Shown piece by piece: positions 32,461 to 43,183 of a stretch of DNA of 64,000 nucleotides. The position numbers and the translations under genes were made by a program. Each line of letters starts with the position of its first letter. The first letter of the stretch is position 1. Below the pieces are notes generated by a model, which searched no databases, was not told the DNA's origin, and saw only the letters and a list, made by a program, of their open reading frames with translations. Location: assembly GCA_965203515.1 (NCBI GenBank), contig OZ241907.1, positions 3,200,001-3,264,000 of the forward strand. Reading direction: 5' to 3'. This stretch comes from Spirochaetia bacterium. GTDB taxonomy: Bacteria > Spirochaetota > Spirochaetia > SZUA-6 > Bin103.

Positions 32461-32600
32461 TTCCCGCCGGCCGGGCGCGTCCACCGTGAAGCGCCGCTGA
32501 CGCGGCGTCGTTGTAAGGGGGCAGAGATGGCAGACCCCTGCGCCCAGCCCCACGATCATCCGTTCCGCGTCAGCACGGCGCCGCCATCGACGGAGGCCCC

Positions 32601-33629
32601 ATGAACGACGCTTCGTACAAGCGCCTGCTCACCCATCGGCGCATCATCGAGGACCTGCTGGTCGGGTTCATCGCGCCCCGGCGCCCGGCCGTTTGGGCTG
32701 ACGCGCTCGACTTCGACTCCCTGCGCGAAGACCCGACGGAGAACGTCGACGACGATCTGCGCCGGCGCCTCGGCGACGTCGTCTGGTCCATCGACCTGCG
32801 CGCCGCCGACGGCAGCGTGGAGACCATGCACGTGCTGATCGAGCATCAGTCGTCGGTCGACTACGCGATGGCGCTGCGGTTTCTCAACTACACCAGCCTG
32901 CTGTACCAGCGGCGGTACCGCGACCACCGGTGGCGCAAGGGCGACACGGTCGAACCGGTGCTGCACGTCGTGCTGTACAACGGCGGCACCCGGTGGGACG
33001 CGCCGCAGTCGCTGGAGTTGGCGCCGAGGTGGGAGCACGACGGTCTCGCGCAGGTCACGCTGAGCTATGACGTGGTCGATCTGGTGGCGACGGAAGCGGA
33101 TGATCTGCCGAGGCCGAACCTGATAACGTGGATGGCGGACGTGGAGCGCAGCCGGCAGGCCGGGATGCTGGCGGAGCGGGTGCGGGAGTTGGGCCAGTGG
33201 CTGGCTGCGGAGGATGAGCCGGGGCTGACGAGGAGCTTCGACCTGTGGCTGGGCGCCCTGGGGCGGAAGTGGGGCGTGAAGCTGCCGTCGATTCGCGACT
33301 ACGAGGAGGCAAGCGCGATGTTGTTGGAGAAGATCGATCGCTGGGAAGCCGAAATCCTGGAACGAGGCGTCCAGGCGGGTCGGCAGGAGGGTCGGCAGGA
33401 GGGCCGGCAGGAGGGCGAGCTGAAGGGCCGGCAGGAGGGCCGGCAAGAAGGCGAGCTGAAGGGACGGCAAGAAGGCCGGCAGGAGGGTCGGTTGGAAGCC
33501 ATCGAAGGGTTCCTGCGAGCGGGGGTCGAGTGGCCGGTGATCCTGTCCGCCACCGGCATCGACGAGCAGACCTACCGCAGCCTCAAGCGCGACTCCGCCA
33601 ACGGCACGGAGCCGGACGCGCCGCGCTGA
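32601..33629 (+). CDS. Rpn/YhgA-like nuclease, subfamily A copy 3
   Basis: Near-identical to copy 1, with a longer QEGR/ELKG repeat tract. Confidence 0.9.
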   Translation: MNDASYKRLLTHRRIIEDLLVGFIAPRRPAVWADALDFDSLREDPTENVDDDLRRRLGDVVWSIDLRAADGSVETMHVLIEHQSSVDYAMALRFLNYTSLLYQRRYRDHRWRKGDTVEPVLHVVLYNGGTRWDAPQSLELAPRWEHDGLAQVTLSYDVVDLVATEADDLPRPNLITWMADVERSRQAGMLAERVRELGQWLAAEDEPGLTRSFDLWLGALGRKWGVKLPSIRDYEEASAMLLEKIDRWEAEILERGVQAGRQEGRQEGRQEGELKGRQEGRQEGELKGRQEGRQEGRLEAIEGFLRAGVEWPVILSATGIDEQTYRSLKRDSANGTEPDAPR

Positions 33630-33690
33630 TTCCCGCCGGTCGGCCGGTCCGGGCACGTCCCACCTCCGCGCGTGGCGCGCCGCCAAACAA

Positions 33691-33880
33691 GCGGTGGCTG
33701 CCGCGTTTGAGCATGTACCTGATCCACTCGGAGACTCCGCCGGGGGAGTTCGGGACAGGGTTTGAAGGGGCCGGGTGGCGCAGGCAGGAGCAACTGCGCA
33801 CGTTCCTCGCACCTCATCAAGCACGGCTACCGGGTGCTGTCACCCGCACCACCGACCTCGCCCAAGAGACGGACCGTCTG
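33691..33880 (+). pseudogene. Mosaic remnant: degenerate Rpn subfamily B segment plus IstB-like (IS21 ATPase) fragment
   Basis: 33691..33805 resembles the DNA for WLPRFEHVLIDHSETEPEGVRGRLKGRVAQ..EQVRMF of 45638..46651; then HLIKHGYRVL(fs)TRTTDL. Confidence 0.55.
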
Positions 33881-33972
33881 CAGCCGGCTGGTGGCCCGAC
33901 CCGCCGGCCGGCATCTTCGATGACGCGGGCTCCCCTGCACTCCGAAACTGCCGCCGAGGGTGCGCCACGCTG

Positions 33973-34021
33973 GATATTGGACTCGGTCCTGTAGTACTGT
34001 CGAAGCGGAGACTGCATGAGA
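33973..34021. repeat. 49-bp direct repeat, copy 2
   Basis: Same sequence as 27515..27563. Confidence 0.9.
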
Positions 34022-34202
34022 ACGATCGCGTACCACCAACCTATCGTCGAGAGGGTCCGAGATGAGAATGAGAACGACTACCGAGGCGGAGCTCGGCGCG
34101 CAGTGCAGAAGCTCTTGTCGGCGTATCGCCTTCGGTATGGATTCTACGCACGTGTGTGGGCAGATATTGCCGAACAACCTACTGCATGAACAGGGATATA
34201 AT

Positions 34203-35171
34203 GTGAATACGAATCCAAAGGCGATAGTATACGGGTTATGTACGTTCGTGCCGTTCGTGGGACCGTATCTGCTCGGACCTCGAGAAGCACGCAGAAAACG
34301 CGGTATTGGTGGAACGGCATCGGCAAGGTACTGTTACGCAGTTTGGTTGCGGCACCTGATCCATGCGAAGGATTGCGGATTAGACGGCATTCCGGAGACG
34401 GTCGCAGAGTTGGGACCTGGCGGTTCGATCGGCTGCGGATTGGCTGCATTGCTTTCAGGATGCGCGAGATATTACGCCCTTGATGCTGTCAACAAGGTCA
34501 GTGTCGAAAAAAGTCTGCGAGTATTTGACGAGTTGGTGGCGTTGTTCAGAATACGATCGAGAATTCCCGACAATCATGAGTTCCCGGAAATCTATCCATT
34601 GCTCGAAACATACAAATTTCCGTCGTCGATACTCCATGACAAACTCCTCGGTAAAGCATTGGAGGAGCGACGGATCAGACAAATCAGAGATGCGATTGCC
34701 GGAGGTCGGATGATTACCTATCGAGCGCCCTGGTCTGATCCGTCCGTGATACAAGAACGGTCGGTTGATCTGATCTACTCGCAGGCCGTGCTGGAGCACG
34801 TAGACGACCTGTCGCCCACGTATAGATGCATGCTCCATTGGCTCAAACCTGGTGGATATGTCTCACACACTATCGATTTCAGATCTCATGGGATGAGCGA
34901 TGCATGGAATGGTCACTGGGCATGTAGCGACCTACTGTGGAAGGTAATCCGCGGTAGAAGATCGTACTTGATCAACCGCGAACCGTGCTCAACCCATATG
35001 GAGCTGTTGCGCGAATACGGCTTCACCGTAAGACGCCAGATCGCGACACCCACGGTTTCGGCTATTCACAGGAGCGATCTATCAAGGAGATTTCGCGGCA
35101 TGCATGACAGTGACTTGACGACAAGTCGTGTATTCGTGGTAGCCAAGAAGTCGATAGAGAACTCGATATAG
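34203..35171 (+). CDS. Class I SAM-dependent methyltransferase (polysaccharide locus)
   Basis: ELGPGGS motif I, DLIYSQAVLEHV, WLKPGG; visibly lower GC. Start uncertain (34062-34203). Confidence 0.8.
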   Translation: MNTNPKAIVYGLCTFVPFVGPYLLGPREARRKRGIGGTASARYCYAVWLRHLIHAKDCGLDGIPETVAELGPGGSIGCGLAALLSGCARYYALDAVNKVSVEKSLRVFDELVALFRIRSRIPDNHEFPEIYPLLETYKFPSSILHDKLLGKALEERRIRQIRDAIAGGRMITYRAPWSDPSVIQERSVDLIYSQAVLEHVDDLSPTYRCMLHWLKPGGYVSHTIDFRSHGMSDAWNGHWACSDLLWKVIRGRRSYLINREPCSTHMELLREYGFTVRRQIATPTVSAIHRSDLSRRFRGMHDSDLTTSRVFVVAKKSIENSI

Positions 35172-35189
35172 TTACCAAAGCGTCCGATG

Positions 35190-36098
35190 TTACTTTGTGC
35201 GCCTCACGTCGCGCGCGTATACGCCGCAGCCAAGCGGAAGGGCCGCCAGACACAGCAGTCTCGCCCGTCGATTCTCCATCGAAGCCACGATATCGATGGG
35301 GTTCTTACGCACATGGAGCGAAAAGCGAACGTAGTTGGCGGCCGATTTCAGAAAAGCAATCGGCGCGTATCGAAGATAATCGATATGCTCGTTCAACTTT
35401 ATTCGATTGCCGAGCATGTACGAGTATGCATTCCTTCCAACTTCGGCCACAGCGGTTATGCTGTCTGACTCCGTATGATAGATACGCAAGCTATCGTTTA
35501 CGAAACGGGTTTTATACTTGCGGGCTATACGATTCCACACTATCGATTCGGGGACGTGGGACAGCTTCCGATCAGGGACGGGGAACGGATAGTCCCGCAT
35601 GACTTCCGTACGTTGAAATCCCCATTTCTCTCCGCGGACCTTGAATCGGTATTGCATTTCGAGCGAATCGGAATCGGTAATGAGATACGGAAAGTGGTCA
35701 CCGACAATACGCCCCTCCTCGTCCATACACAAGACGGTAACTGCGGAAAACTTTGGTTTTTCCCGGTCGGGTATCGCGTCCCAATAGTGCTTGAGCCTCT
35801 CCAACGCATGCGGTATGCAGGCGTCGTCCGAGTCGAGCGTGAGAAAGAACCTGCCTCGGGCGAGCGGCACGGCGTGATTGTATGCGACGTGCTTACCCTG
35901 GTTCTTCTGATGGTAGTAGCGTACTGGAAAGTCGGCCTCGTTACGCCATGCTTCTATCAAAGCGCTAGTCTCATCGGTCGAACCGTCATCGACTACCAGC
36001 CACTCGAAGTCGCGGAACGTCTGCGCCGTCAGACTGTCGTAGACGCGGTACAACAGGTGAGCCCGATTGTAGGTGGCGGTGAATACCGTAAACTCCAT
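35190..36098 (-). CDS. GT2 glycosyltransferase
   Basis: TATYNRA, VDDGSTD, NQGKHVA, LDSDD. Confidence 0.92.
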   Translation of the reverse strand: MEFTVFTATYNRAHLLYRVYDSLTAQTFRDFEWLVVDDGSTDETSALIEAWRNEADFPVRYYHQKNQGKHVAYNHAVPLARGRFFLTLDSDDACIPHALERLKHYWDAIPDREKPKFSAVTVLCMDEEGRIVGDHFPYLITDSDSLEMQYRFKVRGEKWGFQRTEVMRDYPFPVPDRKLSHVPESIVWNRIARKYKTRFVNDSLRIYHTESDSITAVAEVGRNAYSYMLGNRIKLNEHIDYLRYAPIAFLKSAANYVRFSLHVRKNPIDIVASMENRRARLLCLAALPLGCGVYARDVRRTK

Positions 36099-36517
36099 TG
36101 GGTGACGTTGCGAAGCATCCTATCGTTTCATTGTGTGCCGTTCAAGCCCTACAGGCGCCGGCTGGGGACTCATTTCGCTTTCGGCGGCTCGGTCGGCGCG
36201 GCGCGCCGTGGGGTAGGTTCGCCCTCCAGCGTCGGCCTGGCGTCACTGGGAACCGGGACTTCTTTCATATGCGTGCACTGCATTTTGGAGAGAGATCTTG
36301 CAATCCTGTGCCGTCAAGCGATAGTCGCGCCAACGTGGAAGGGGTTCCTCAACGACGGGGCCGTGTCGCGGGCTCACACTTTGGCGGACCGGCAGGTGAT
36401 CAGAGGCACCCATGATCGGAAGTCCGACAGATACGGCCGCACAAGCCTGTTCGCGTGGCGTGGCACGGGCAATCCGCCACGCGCGGCGCGACGATTGCGT
36501 AACGTAGCTTTGGTTAC

Positions 36518-37615
36518 ATGCGCATCACGCTAGTCATCTTTTCGCTCCATGGCGGGGGAGCGGAGCGGGTGATGTCGATCATGGCGAACCATTGGGCGGC
36601 GCGAGGATGGGACATTACGTTACTCACATACGGCGACGGTACTGAGACGCCGGCGTATGGTCTTCACCCCGCGGTAGATCATCGCCAATTGGGTATCAGT
36701 CGCCAGTCAAGCGGGATAGTCGAGGCCGTCAGCAACAATCTGAAACGTCTGCCGGTCCTGCGGCGCGCGATCAGGGATAGTACTCCGGACGCCATCGTAT
36801 CGTTCTTGGACGTGGTGAACGTAAGGACGATATTGGCGAGCTTGGGGCTCGGTATCCCGGTGATCGTATCCGAGCGCATCGATCCTTCATGCCATCGGAT
36901 CGGAGCGGCATGGCGCGTACTGCGAAGATGGAGTTATCGCTACGCTGCGTGTGTCGTGGCGCTCACGCCGGACGCGCTCCGCTACTTCCCGGACTCGATT
37001 CGGCGGCGAGGACGGGTAATACCCAACCCGGTTTCGGTCCCGGTGGACGCTGGTCTTGCGCGTACTGGCGGCAGGAAGAAGACCGTAATGGCGATGGGCC
37101 GACTTGCTCATCAGAAGGGGTTCGACCGGTTGATCGCCGCATTCTCGATGGTCACCGCAAACCATCCCGGGTGGTCCTTGACGATCTGGGGAGAGGGGGA
37201 CGATCGACAGAAGCTTGAACGGTTGCGCGATCGGCTCGATCTGCATGGGCGAGTTGCGCTTCCTGGGTGGACGCAGGATCCGTTCGCGGAGATGCGGGAA
37301 GCCGGACTGTTCGTGTTGTCTTCTCGATATGAAGGGTTCCCAAACGTGCTGTGCGAAGCGATGGCGTGCGGAGTCCCGGTGTTGAGCTTCGATTGTCCTG
37401 GTCCTCGTCACATCGTAAGGGATGGCATCGATGGCATTCTCGTTCCATCCGGCGACGTGAACAAGCTGGCCGAGGCGATGGCTCGGTTGATGGCCGACCA
37501 GGCGGAACGAGAGCGTCTTGCCGCGAACGGGCTTGAGGTGACCAAGCGTTTCGGAAAGGACAAGGTAATGGGGATGTGGGAGCGATTGATAGCGTCCTGC
37601 ACGTCAGCCCGTTGA
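36518..37615 (+). CDS. GT4 glycosyltransferase
   Basis: GGGAERV, VSER, MGRLAHQKGFD, SRYEGFPNVLCEAMACG. Confidence 0.92.
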   Translation: MRITLVIFSLHGGGAERVMSIMANHWAARGWDITLLTYGDGTETPAYGLHPAVDHRQLGISRQSSGIVEAVSNNLKRLPVLRRAIRDSTPDAIVSFLDVVNVRTILASLGLGIPVIVSERIDPSCHRIGAAWRVLRRWSYRYAACVVALTPDALRYFPDSIRRRGRVIPNPVSVPVDAGLARTGGRKKTVMAMGRLAHQKGFDRLIAAFSMVTANHPGWSLTIWGEGDDRQKLERLRDRLDLHGRVALPGWTQDPFAEMREAGLFVLSSRYEGFPNVLCEAMACGVPVLSFDCPGPRHIVRDGIDGILVPSGDVNKLAEAMARLMADQAERERLAANGLEVTKRFGKDKVMGMWERLIASCTSAR

Positions 37616-37671
37616 CGTCGCGGGCGGGCGCGATTGTGATTGCGCGGCTCGACCGGTAGCATATTGCGGAC

Positions 37672-39603
37672 ATGTGCGGCGTAGCAGGGTTCGTTCAGCG
37701 CGGCGGCTTTCCGGGAGCGCAGGGAAGGCTGGTTGCGTCGAAGATGGCGGACGCGCTGGCGCATCGCGGACCGGACGACGCGGACGTATGGCTCGACGGA
37801 ACCGCCGGCGTCGCGTTGGCCCATCGGCGTCTGGCGGTGATCGATCTGTCGGCCGCCGGGCACCAGCCGATGCGCTCCCATTCGGGCCGCTACGTCATTT
37901 CGTTCAACGGGGAGATATATAATCATCAGGAGCTGAGACACCGGTTGGATTCTCGATCCGGTCCGGTGGTCGCCTGGCAGGGCGCGTCCGATACGGAGTC
38001 TCTCTTGGCGGCGATCGAGCATTTCGGATTGGCGACGGCGCTTCGGTATGCGGTGGGAATGTTCGCGTTCGCAGTGTGGGACCGGCAGGAGCGGACGCTC
38101 TACCTGGCGCGGGATCGACTCGGTGAGAAGCCGCTGTACTTCGGGTGGCAGAATGGCGTGTTCATGTTTGCGTCCGAGCTCAAGGCGCTTGCATGTCATC
38201 CTTCATTCGCAGGAGTGATCGACAGGGAAGCACTGGCGTTGTACCTGCGGCACAACTACATTCCATGGCCCTGGTCCATCTATCAGGGCATTCGAAAGCT
38301 GGCGCCGGGCTCGTTTGTCAAGCTCGCGTTCGGAGACGAATCGTCGCCCGCAGGCGAGTTGCCGGAGGAAGAACGGTATTGGTCGTTGCGGGAGGTTATC
38401 GAAGCAGGACGGGAGCGACCGTTCGAGGGCGACGCCGGCGAGGCCGTGGAGGCGCTGCATGAGGTCTTGCGGCAGGCGGTGGTGTCGCAGGTCGTAGCCG
38501 ATGTCCCTTTGGGAGCGTTTCTTTCGGGAGGCATCGATTCGTCGACGATCGCAGCGCTGATGCAGGCCTGCTCGTCACGACCGGTGCGGACATTCGCCAT
38601 CGGATTCGACGAGCCGGGCTACAATGAGGCTGCGCATGCAAAGGAAGTGGCTGGGCATCTCGGAACCGATCATACGGAGCTGTACGTTACCCCGCAGGAT
38701 GCGTTGGCTGTCATTCCCAGCTTGCCCGTGCTGTACGACGAACCGTTTTCCGACTCCTCGCAGATTCCTACGTCATTGGTCTCCGCCATGACCCGCCGGC
38801 ACGTGACGGTGGCCCTGTCGGGAGACGGCGGCGACGAGCTGTTCGGCGGCTATCGCCGGTACCTTCGAACGCCTATGCTTTGGACGCTGCAGGGAGCGAT
38901 GCCGAAATGGATACGAAAAACATACCAACGTATGATCTTGGCCATCCCATCTTTCTGGACGTCAACGCGGATGCATCACCAAGCGATAAAGATATCCAAG
39001 TTTCTGGACTTTCAATCGCCAGAGCATCTGTATGTCCATTTGATGTCACATTGGAAGGAGCCGGATATGATCGTCCGTCATGCGTCGGAACCTCGAACCT
39101 GCCTGTCAGATCACGCGGCGTGGCCGGACACTCCGGAAATCGAGAGCCGGATGATGGCGATCGACGCGTTGACGTACCTGCCGGATGACATCCTGGTCAA
39201 GGTGGATCGGGCGGCAATGGGGGTGAGTCTGGAGACGCGCGCGCCGTTCCTCGATCATCGAGTGGTGGAGTTGGCTTGGCGGTTGCCGCTGGCGATGAAG
39301 ATCAGAGGGGACGAGAGCAAGTGGATATTGCGGCAGGTACTCTACCGGCACGTGCCCCGGAATCTCGTCGAGCGGCCCAAGATGGGGTTCGGAGTTCCGC
39401 TGGAGTCGTGGCTGAGAGGGCCGCTCAAAGATTGGGCGGAATCGCTGTTGGCTGAAGGTCGGTTGCGCGACGAAGGGTTCTTTCTCCCGGAACCGATCAG
39501 AAAACGATGGACGGAACACCTCGATGGAAGCCGGCGGTGGGACGCCTGCATATGGGACATACTGATGTTTCAGGCATGGCTGGATGAGAACCGAGGAAAC
39601 TGA
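37672..39603 (+). CDS. asnB: Asparagine synthase-like glutamine amidotransferase (sugar amidation)
   Basis: MCG N-terminus, HRGPD, FNGEIYN, LSGGIDSS, SGDGGDELFGGY, KVDRAAM. Confidence 0.92.
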   Translation: MCGVAGFVQRGGFPGAQGRLVASKMADALAHRGPDDADVWLDGTAGVALAHRRLAVIDLSAAGHQPMRSHSGRYVISFNGEIYNHQELRHRLDSRSGPVVAWQGASDTESLLAAIEHFGLATALRYAVGMFAFAVWDRQERTLYLARDRLGEKPLYFGWQNGVFMFASELKALACHPSFAGVIDREALALYLRHNYIPWPWSIYQGIRKLAPGSFVKLAFGDESSPAGELPEEERYWSLREVIEAGRERPFEGDAGEAVEALHEVLRQAVVSQVVADVPLGAFLSGGIDSSTIAALMQACSSRPVRTFAIGFDEPGYNEAAHAKEVAGHLGTDHTELYVTPQDALAVIPSLPVLYDEPFSDSSQIPTSLVSAMTRRHVTVALSGDGGDELFGGYRRYLRTPMLWTLQGAMPKWIRKTYQRMILAIPSFWTSTRMHHQAIKISKFLDFQSPEHLYVHLMSHWKEPDMIVRHASEPRTCLSDHAAWPDTPEIESRMMAIDALTYLPDDILVKVDRAAMGVSLETRAPFLDHRVVELAWRLPLAMKIRGDESKWILRQVLYRHVPRNLVERPKMGFGVPLESWLRGPLKDWAESLLAEGRLRDEGFFLPEPIRKRWTEHLDGSRRWDACIWDILMFQAWLDENRGN

Positions 39604-40807
39604 CGGGCGGCAGATGGCGCCTTGCGATAGACAAGCGGCCGATGATCGTAACTCGCGGATTGTAATGGTGATCGATCATCTGGAGCCTGGTGGGGCACAG
39701 CGCCAGTTTTGCCTGTTGGCGACATCGTTGCATCGTAGAGGCTTCAACGTAACAGTGATGGTATTCCGCCCGGACCTGTTTTTCGAGGATGCGTTGCAAG
39801 AGGTCGATATTCCGATAGTATATCTGAAGTCGCGCAATCGATTGCATCTATGGTTTCTCCTACGCACGGAGATCGATCGAGCAGACGCCCATGTGGTGAT
39901 AAGTTTTCTTTCGTGGCCAAATTTGATGGTAGAACTATCGGGGCTGCCGAGTCGTAAGTTTTCGGTAATCGTGTCTGAACGTAATTTGGATGTTACGGTC
40001 AGTATGAAGCGTCGTGTTACTTATCATTTTCACAGATTGGCAGATGTCGTGGTAAGCAACTCACATACTCAGGGAGAGATCGTAGCGCGGCTCTTGAGAC
40101 GCTGGCAAGTACGGACGACAGTGATCGTAAACGGGGTAGACATTCGACACTTCGAGCCTGCCGAAACCCCGCGGCGCGGAGGCGGCGGTCTTCGCTTGTT
40201 GGTATTGGCGCGATTCGCGCCGCAGAAGAACGCGCTTCGGTTCATCGAAGCGGTGAGCGTGGTGTGCGCGCGCCATCCGGAGATCGGATTGGAGGTAGAC
40301 TGGTATGGGAAGGCGCCGACGGATGGTCCGAACGACGACCCGGCGTGGGCTATGGCGCATCGCGACAAGCTGGCGGCATACTACCGGAGTGTGGTGGAGA
40401 CGATAGAGCGGCACCGGCTTCAGAGGCGATTTCGGGTGAACGCTCCCAGGAAGGACGTCAGAGAGCTGTACCTGCAATCGGACGTGGTGTGCATGCCGTC
40501 GCTGCACGAAGGCTGTTCCAACGTGATCGCGGAAGCGATGGCATGCGGGGTGCCGGTATTGGCCAGCCGCGTGGGCGACAACGTGAGGCTTGTCGAAGAC
40601 GGGCGCAACGGACTGCTCTTCGACCCGATGTCGGTCGACGATATGGTCAGGGCGATGGTCGGCTTTGCGGAGCTGCCCGCTTCTGCGCGAAGGAGGCTGG
40701 GGCGGGAAGGACGAAAGATGGCGGAGGAACTGTTGTCCGTGGAAACGTTCACCGACCGATACGTGAAGCTGATCGGGGAAGTAGGTCGCGAGCGGTTTCG
40801 CGCATGA
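39584..40807 (+). CDS. GT4 glycosyltransferase
   Basis: GGAQRQ, VSERN, IVNGVD, EGCSNVIAEAMACG. Confidence 0.9.
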   Translation: MRTEETDGRQMAPCDRQAADDRNSRIVMVIDHLEPGGAQRQFCLLATSLHRRGFNVTVMVFRPDLFFEDALQEVDIPIVYLKSRNRLHLWFLLRTEIDRADAHVVISFLSWPNLMVELSGLPSRKFSVIVSERNLDVTVSMKRRVTYHFHRLADVVVSNSHTQGEIVARLLRRWQVRTTVIVNGVDIRHFEPAETPRRGGGGLRLLVLARFAPQKNALRFIEAVSVVCARHPEIGLEVDWYGKAPTDGPNDDPAWAMAHRDKLAAYYRSVVETIERHRLQRRFRVNAPRKDVRELYLQSDVVCMPSLHEGCSNVIAEAMACGVPVLASRVGDNVRLVEDGRNGLLFDPMSVDDMVRAMVGFAELPASARRRLGREGRKMAEELLSVETFTDRYVKLIGEVGRERFRA

Positions 40808-40880
40808 GCGGAACCGGGGTGTGCGGAAGCGAACCGCGGCGCGCGGTGCGCACTGGGCTCCGCCGACGGACTCGAACCTG

Positions 40881-42098
40881 ATGCGCGTTCAGGTGGTCGG
40901 CGGCGTCCTGCTCGCGCTCTTTCAACTCCTCGGGCGCTCGCAGGCGGAGCGCTTCATCGGTGTCGGAGAAGCGGGATGGTACCTGGAACTCAGGCTGTGG
41001 GTGTTGGCCGGCCTTTCGACATGGTTGATCGGTTCGGCAGCGGTGATGGGAACCAGGCGGTTCGATGGGCGGGGCGTCGGAGCGTTCGGCGGCATGTTCG
41101 TACTGTTTCTGGGATACATGGTGGTGATCACCAGCCTTTGGGCGCCGGATCCGACACGGGCGGCCACAAAGGCGTACGATCTGTTGTTCGTGATCTGGTC
41201 ATGCGTTCTGACGGTCGTTGCGCTGAGGACTTGCGGCGTGCGAGCGACGATCGACGGATTCTGGGGAGGCGTGTTTGTCTTCGCGTTGGTGATCGCCGTA
41301 ATTGGCGCGGTGACGTCTGTCGTCAGTTGGGTACCGGTAGGCCGGTTTTCGGTGTTGTCGGGAGGCCCCAACGTACTCGGGCGGAACATGGGCTTGCTGG
41401 CATTGGCATCGCTCCACTTGGTATTCGACGCGCGGCGCCTGCGGAGGGTCATCGGTATGGCGGCGGCTCCGGTGGCCGCGCTGCTCGTTCTGCTATCCGG
41501 TTCGCGCGGGGCCATTCTGGCTCTATGTTTTGGGGTGATCGTCTACCTGTTTGTTCATCGCCTGGACCGGCGCGTCCTGGTATCGCTTGTGGCGGTCGCC
41601 ATACTGGGGGCGGCGGTCGCCGTGGCTACGAGATTCGGCGAACTCGCGGTAGCGCTGTTCAGAGATCGGGTTCTCATCTTGCTCTTCGTCGATCAGTTCT
41701 TCTCGTACCGAGATGTCCTGTTTTTGGAAGCGATTCGAGCGGGGCTGCAGAACCCGGTCTTCGGGCTCGGCCTGGCCGGCTTCGAGGAGGTAGGGACCTG
41801 GGGGGGTTATCCGCACAACATGTTCTTGGAGGCATTCGCGGAGGGAGGGCTGCCGGGACTGCTGCTGCTCTGCTTGCCGTTCGTGAGATACCTCGCTCGT
41901 TGGTTGCGAGGCATGGGACTCGGCGATTCGCTGACGGTGGCCGGATTGGGATTGCTCGTCGTTTCGAGCAGCATATCCGGGGACCTCTTCGACGCCCGCG
42001 GCGTGTTCCTGCTCCTCTTGATGGCGGTCGCCAGTCAGACTCGCGACCGCACGGCGGGAAAGAGCAGCGCCGGCCAGCCGTCGCACGACGAACGATGA
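40881..42098 (+). CDS. O-antigen ligase/Wzy-type polymerase
   Basis: Multi-TM protein; GPNVLG, SGSRGA, PVFGLG, YPHNMFLE...EGGLPG. Confidence 0.85.
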   Translation: MRVQVVGGVLLALFQLLGRSQAERFIGVGEAGWYLELRLWVLAGLSTWLIGSAAVMGTRRFDGRGVGAFGGMFVLFLGYMVVITSLWAPDPTRAATKAYDLLFVIWSCVLTVVALRTCGVRATIDGFWGGVFVFALVIAVIGAVTSVVSWVPVGRFSVLSGGPNVLGRNMGLLALASLHLVFDARRLRRVIGMAAAPVAALLVLLSGSRGAILALCFGVIVYLFVHRLDRRVLVSLVAVAILGAAVAVATRFGELAVALFRDRVLILLFVDQFFSYRDVLFLEAIRAGLQNPVFGLGLAGFEEVGTWGGYPHNMFLEAFAEGGLPGLLLLCLPFVRYLARWLRGMGLGDSLTVAGLGLLVVSSSISGDLFDARGVFLLLLMAVASQTRDRTAGKSSAGQPSHDER

Positions 42099-43183
42099 AC
42101 GCCGGCGGACCGGGCTCGCTTCGCGTTCTGCTCATCGGGGCGTTGCCTCCACAGGAGCCCAGCTCCGCCAATCCGGTAGGCGGTGCGGCAGTGAACTTCG
42201 GGGACATGGTGAGGCAGTTGAAGCTCCGTTCGATGGCCGTGAACGTAGTGGACATTTCTCGCCCGCGCGTGAATCTCGGCGTGCGCCAGATCTGGCACAA
42301 TTGCGCGACGGTCGCCAGGTTGATGTGGCAGGTGTCGACGCGTATCCGTCACAGCGACGTCGTGATCATGCATATATCGGCAAAGAGCGCGTGGTGGCTC
42401 GGATCGGGACTGTGGTTGATCTGCACCGCGTTGCGACGGCCGGTCGTATTGAAGTTCATCGGAGGTGACTTTGCAAAGATATATGACGATTATTCCGTAG
42501 CAAGGCGACGGTGGGCGAACGCTACCTACATGCGCTGCGCGTCGATTCTGGTCCAGGCGGAGGCTATCAGGAGACGATTTCACGGCCACGAAAACGTCCG
42601 GTGGTTTCCGAATACGCGAGACACTCGAAGGTCGAGCGTGGAGCCGAGAGAGGTTGCGCGGCGCTTCATCTTCGTTTCGCAGTTGCGGATGGAAAAGGGA
42701 CTGCGGGAGGCGGTGGACGCCTGCAGGGAGCTTCCGAATGACTGCTGTCTGAACGTGTACGGACCGATCATGCCGAATACCGATCTCAGCGTGTTCGAAG
42801 GACAGGACAGGTCGGTGTATCGGGGTGTACTGCGGCAGGCGGATGTGCCGGATGCCCTGGAGCGGCATGACGTGTTGGTGTTGCCGACGTACTGGAAGGT
42901 GGAAGGGTATCCCGGCATCGTGCTGGAGGCGCTGCAGTGCGGGCGCCCGGTCATATCGACATCATGGAGAAGCGTTCCGGAGGTCGTGGAGGACGGAAGG
43001 AGCGGTTTGCTGGTGGAGCCGCGCTCGACGTCCGCGGTCCGGGAGGCGATAGAGCGGGTGATCGGCGATCCGGATCTGTACCGCGCACTGTGTGCGGGGG
43101 CGCGGCGGCGCGGAGACTTCTTTCGAAGCGGGAAGTGGTACGACGAGCTCGCGGCCGAGCTGCTGCGGATCACAGGGAGATAA
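42095..43183 (+). CDS. GT4 glycosyltransferase
   Basis: ATG 42095 overlaps the upstream stop; EKGLRE, EGYPGIVLEALQCG. Confidence 0.88.
   Translation: MNAGGPGSLRVLLIGALPPQEPSSANPVGGAAVNFGDMVRQLKLRSMAVNVVDISRPRVNLGVRQIWHNCATVARLMWQVSTRIRHSDVVIMHISAKSAWWLGSGLWLICTALRRPVVLKFIGGDFAKIYDDYSVARRRWANATYMRCASILVQAEAIRRRFHGHENVRWFPNTRDTRRSSVEPREVARRFIFVSQLRMEKGLREAVDACRELPNDCCLNVYGPIMPNTDLSVFEGQDRSVYRGVLRQADVPDALERHDVLVLPTYWKVEGYPGIVLEALQCGRPVISTSWRSVPEVVEDGRSGLLVEPRSTSAVREAIERVIGDPDLYRALCAGARRRGDFFRSGKWYDELAAELLRITGR

Noticed and set aside
26548..33629. Rpn genes as insertion sequences
   Set aside because: No terminal inverted repeats or target duplications seen; the 'putative transposase' label for this family is not supported by transposition evidence.
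40976..42094. 735-aa glycosyltransferase
   Set aside because: The 5' part is an alternative frame of the Wzy gene; the real start is 42095.
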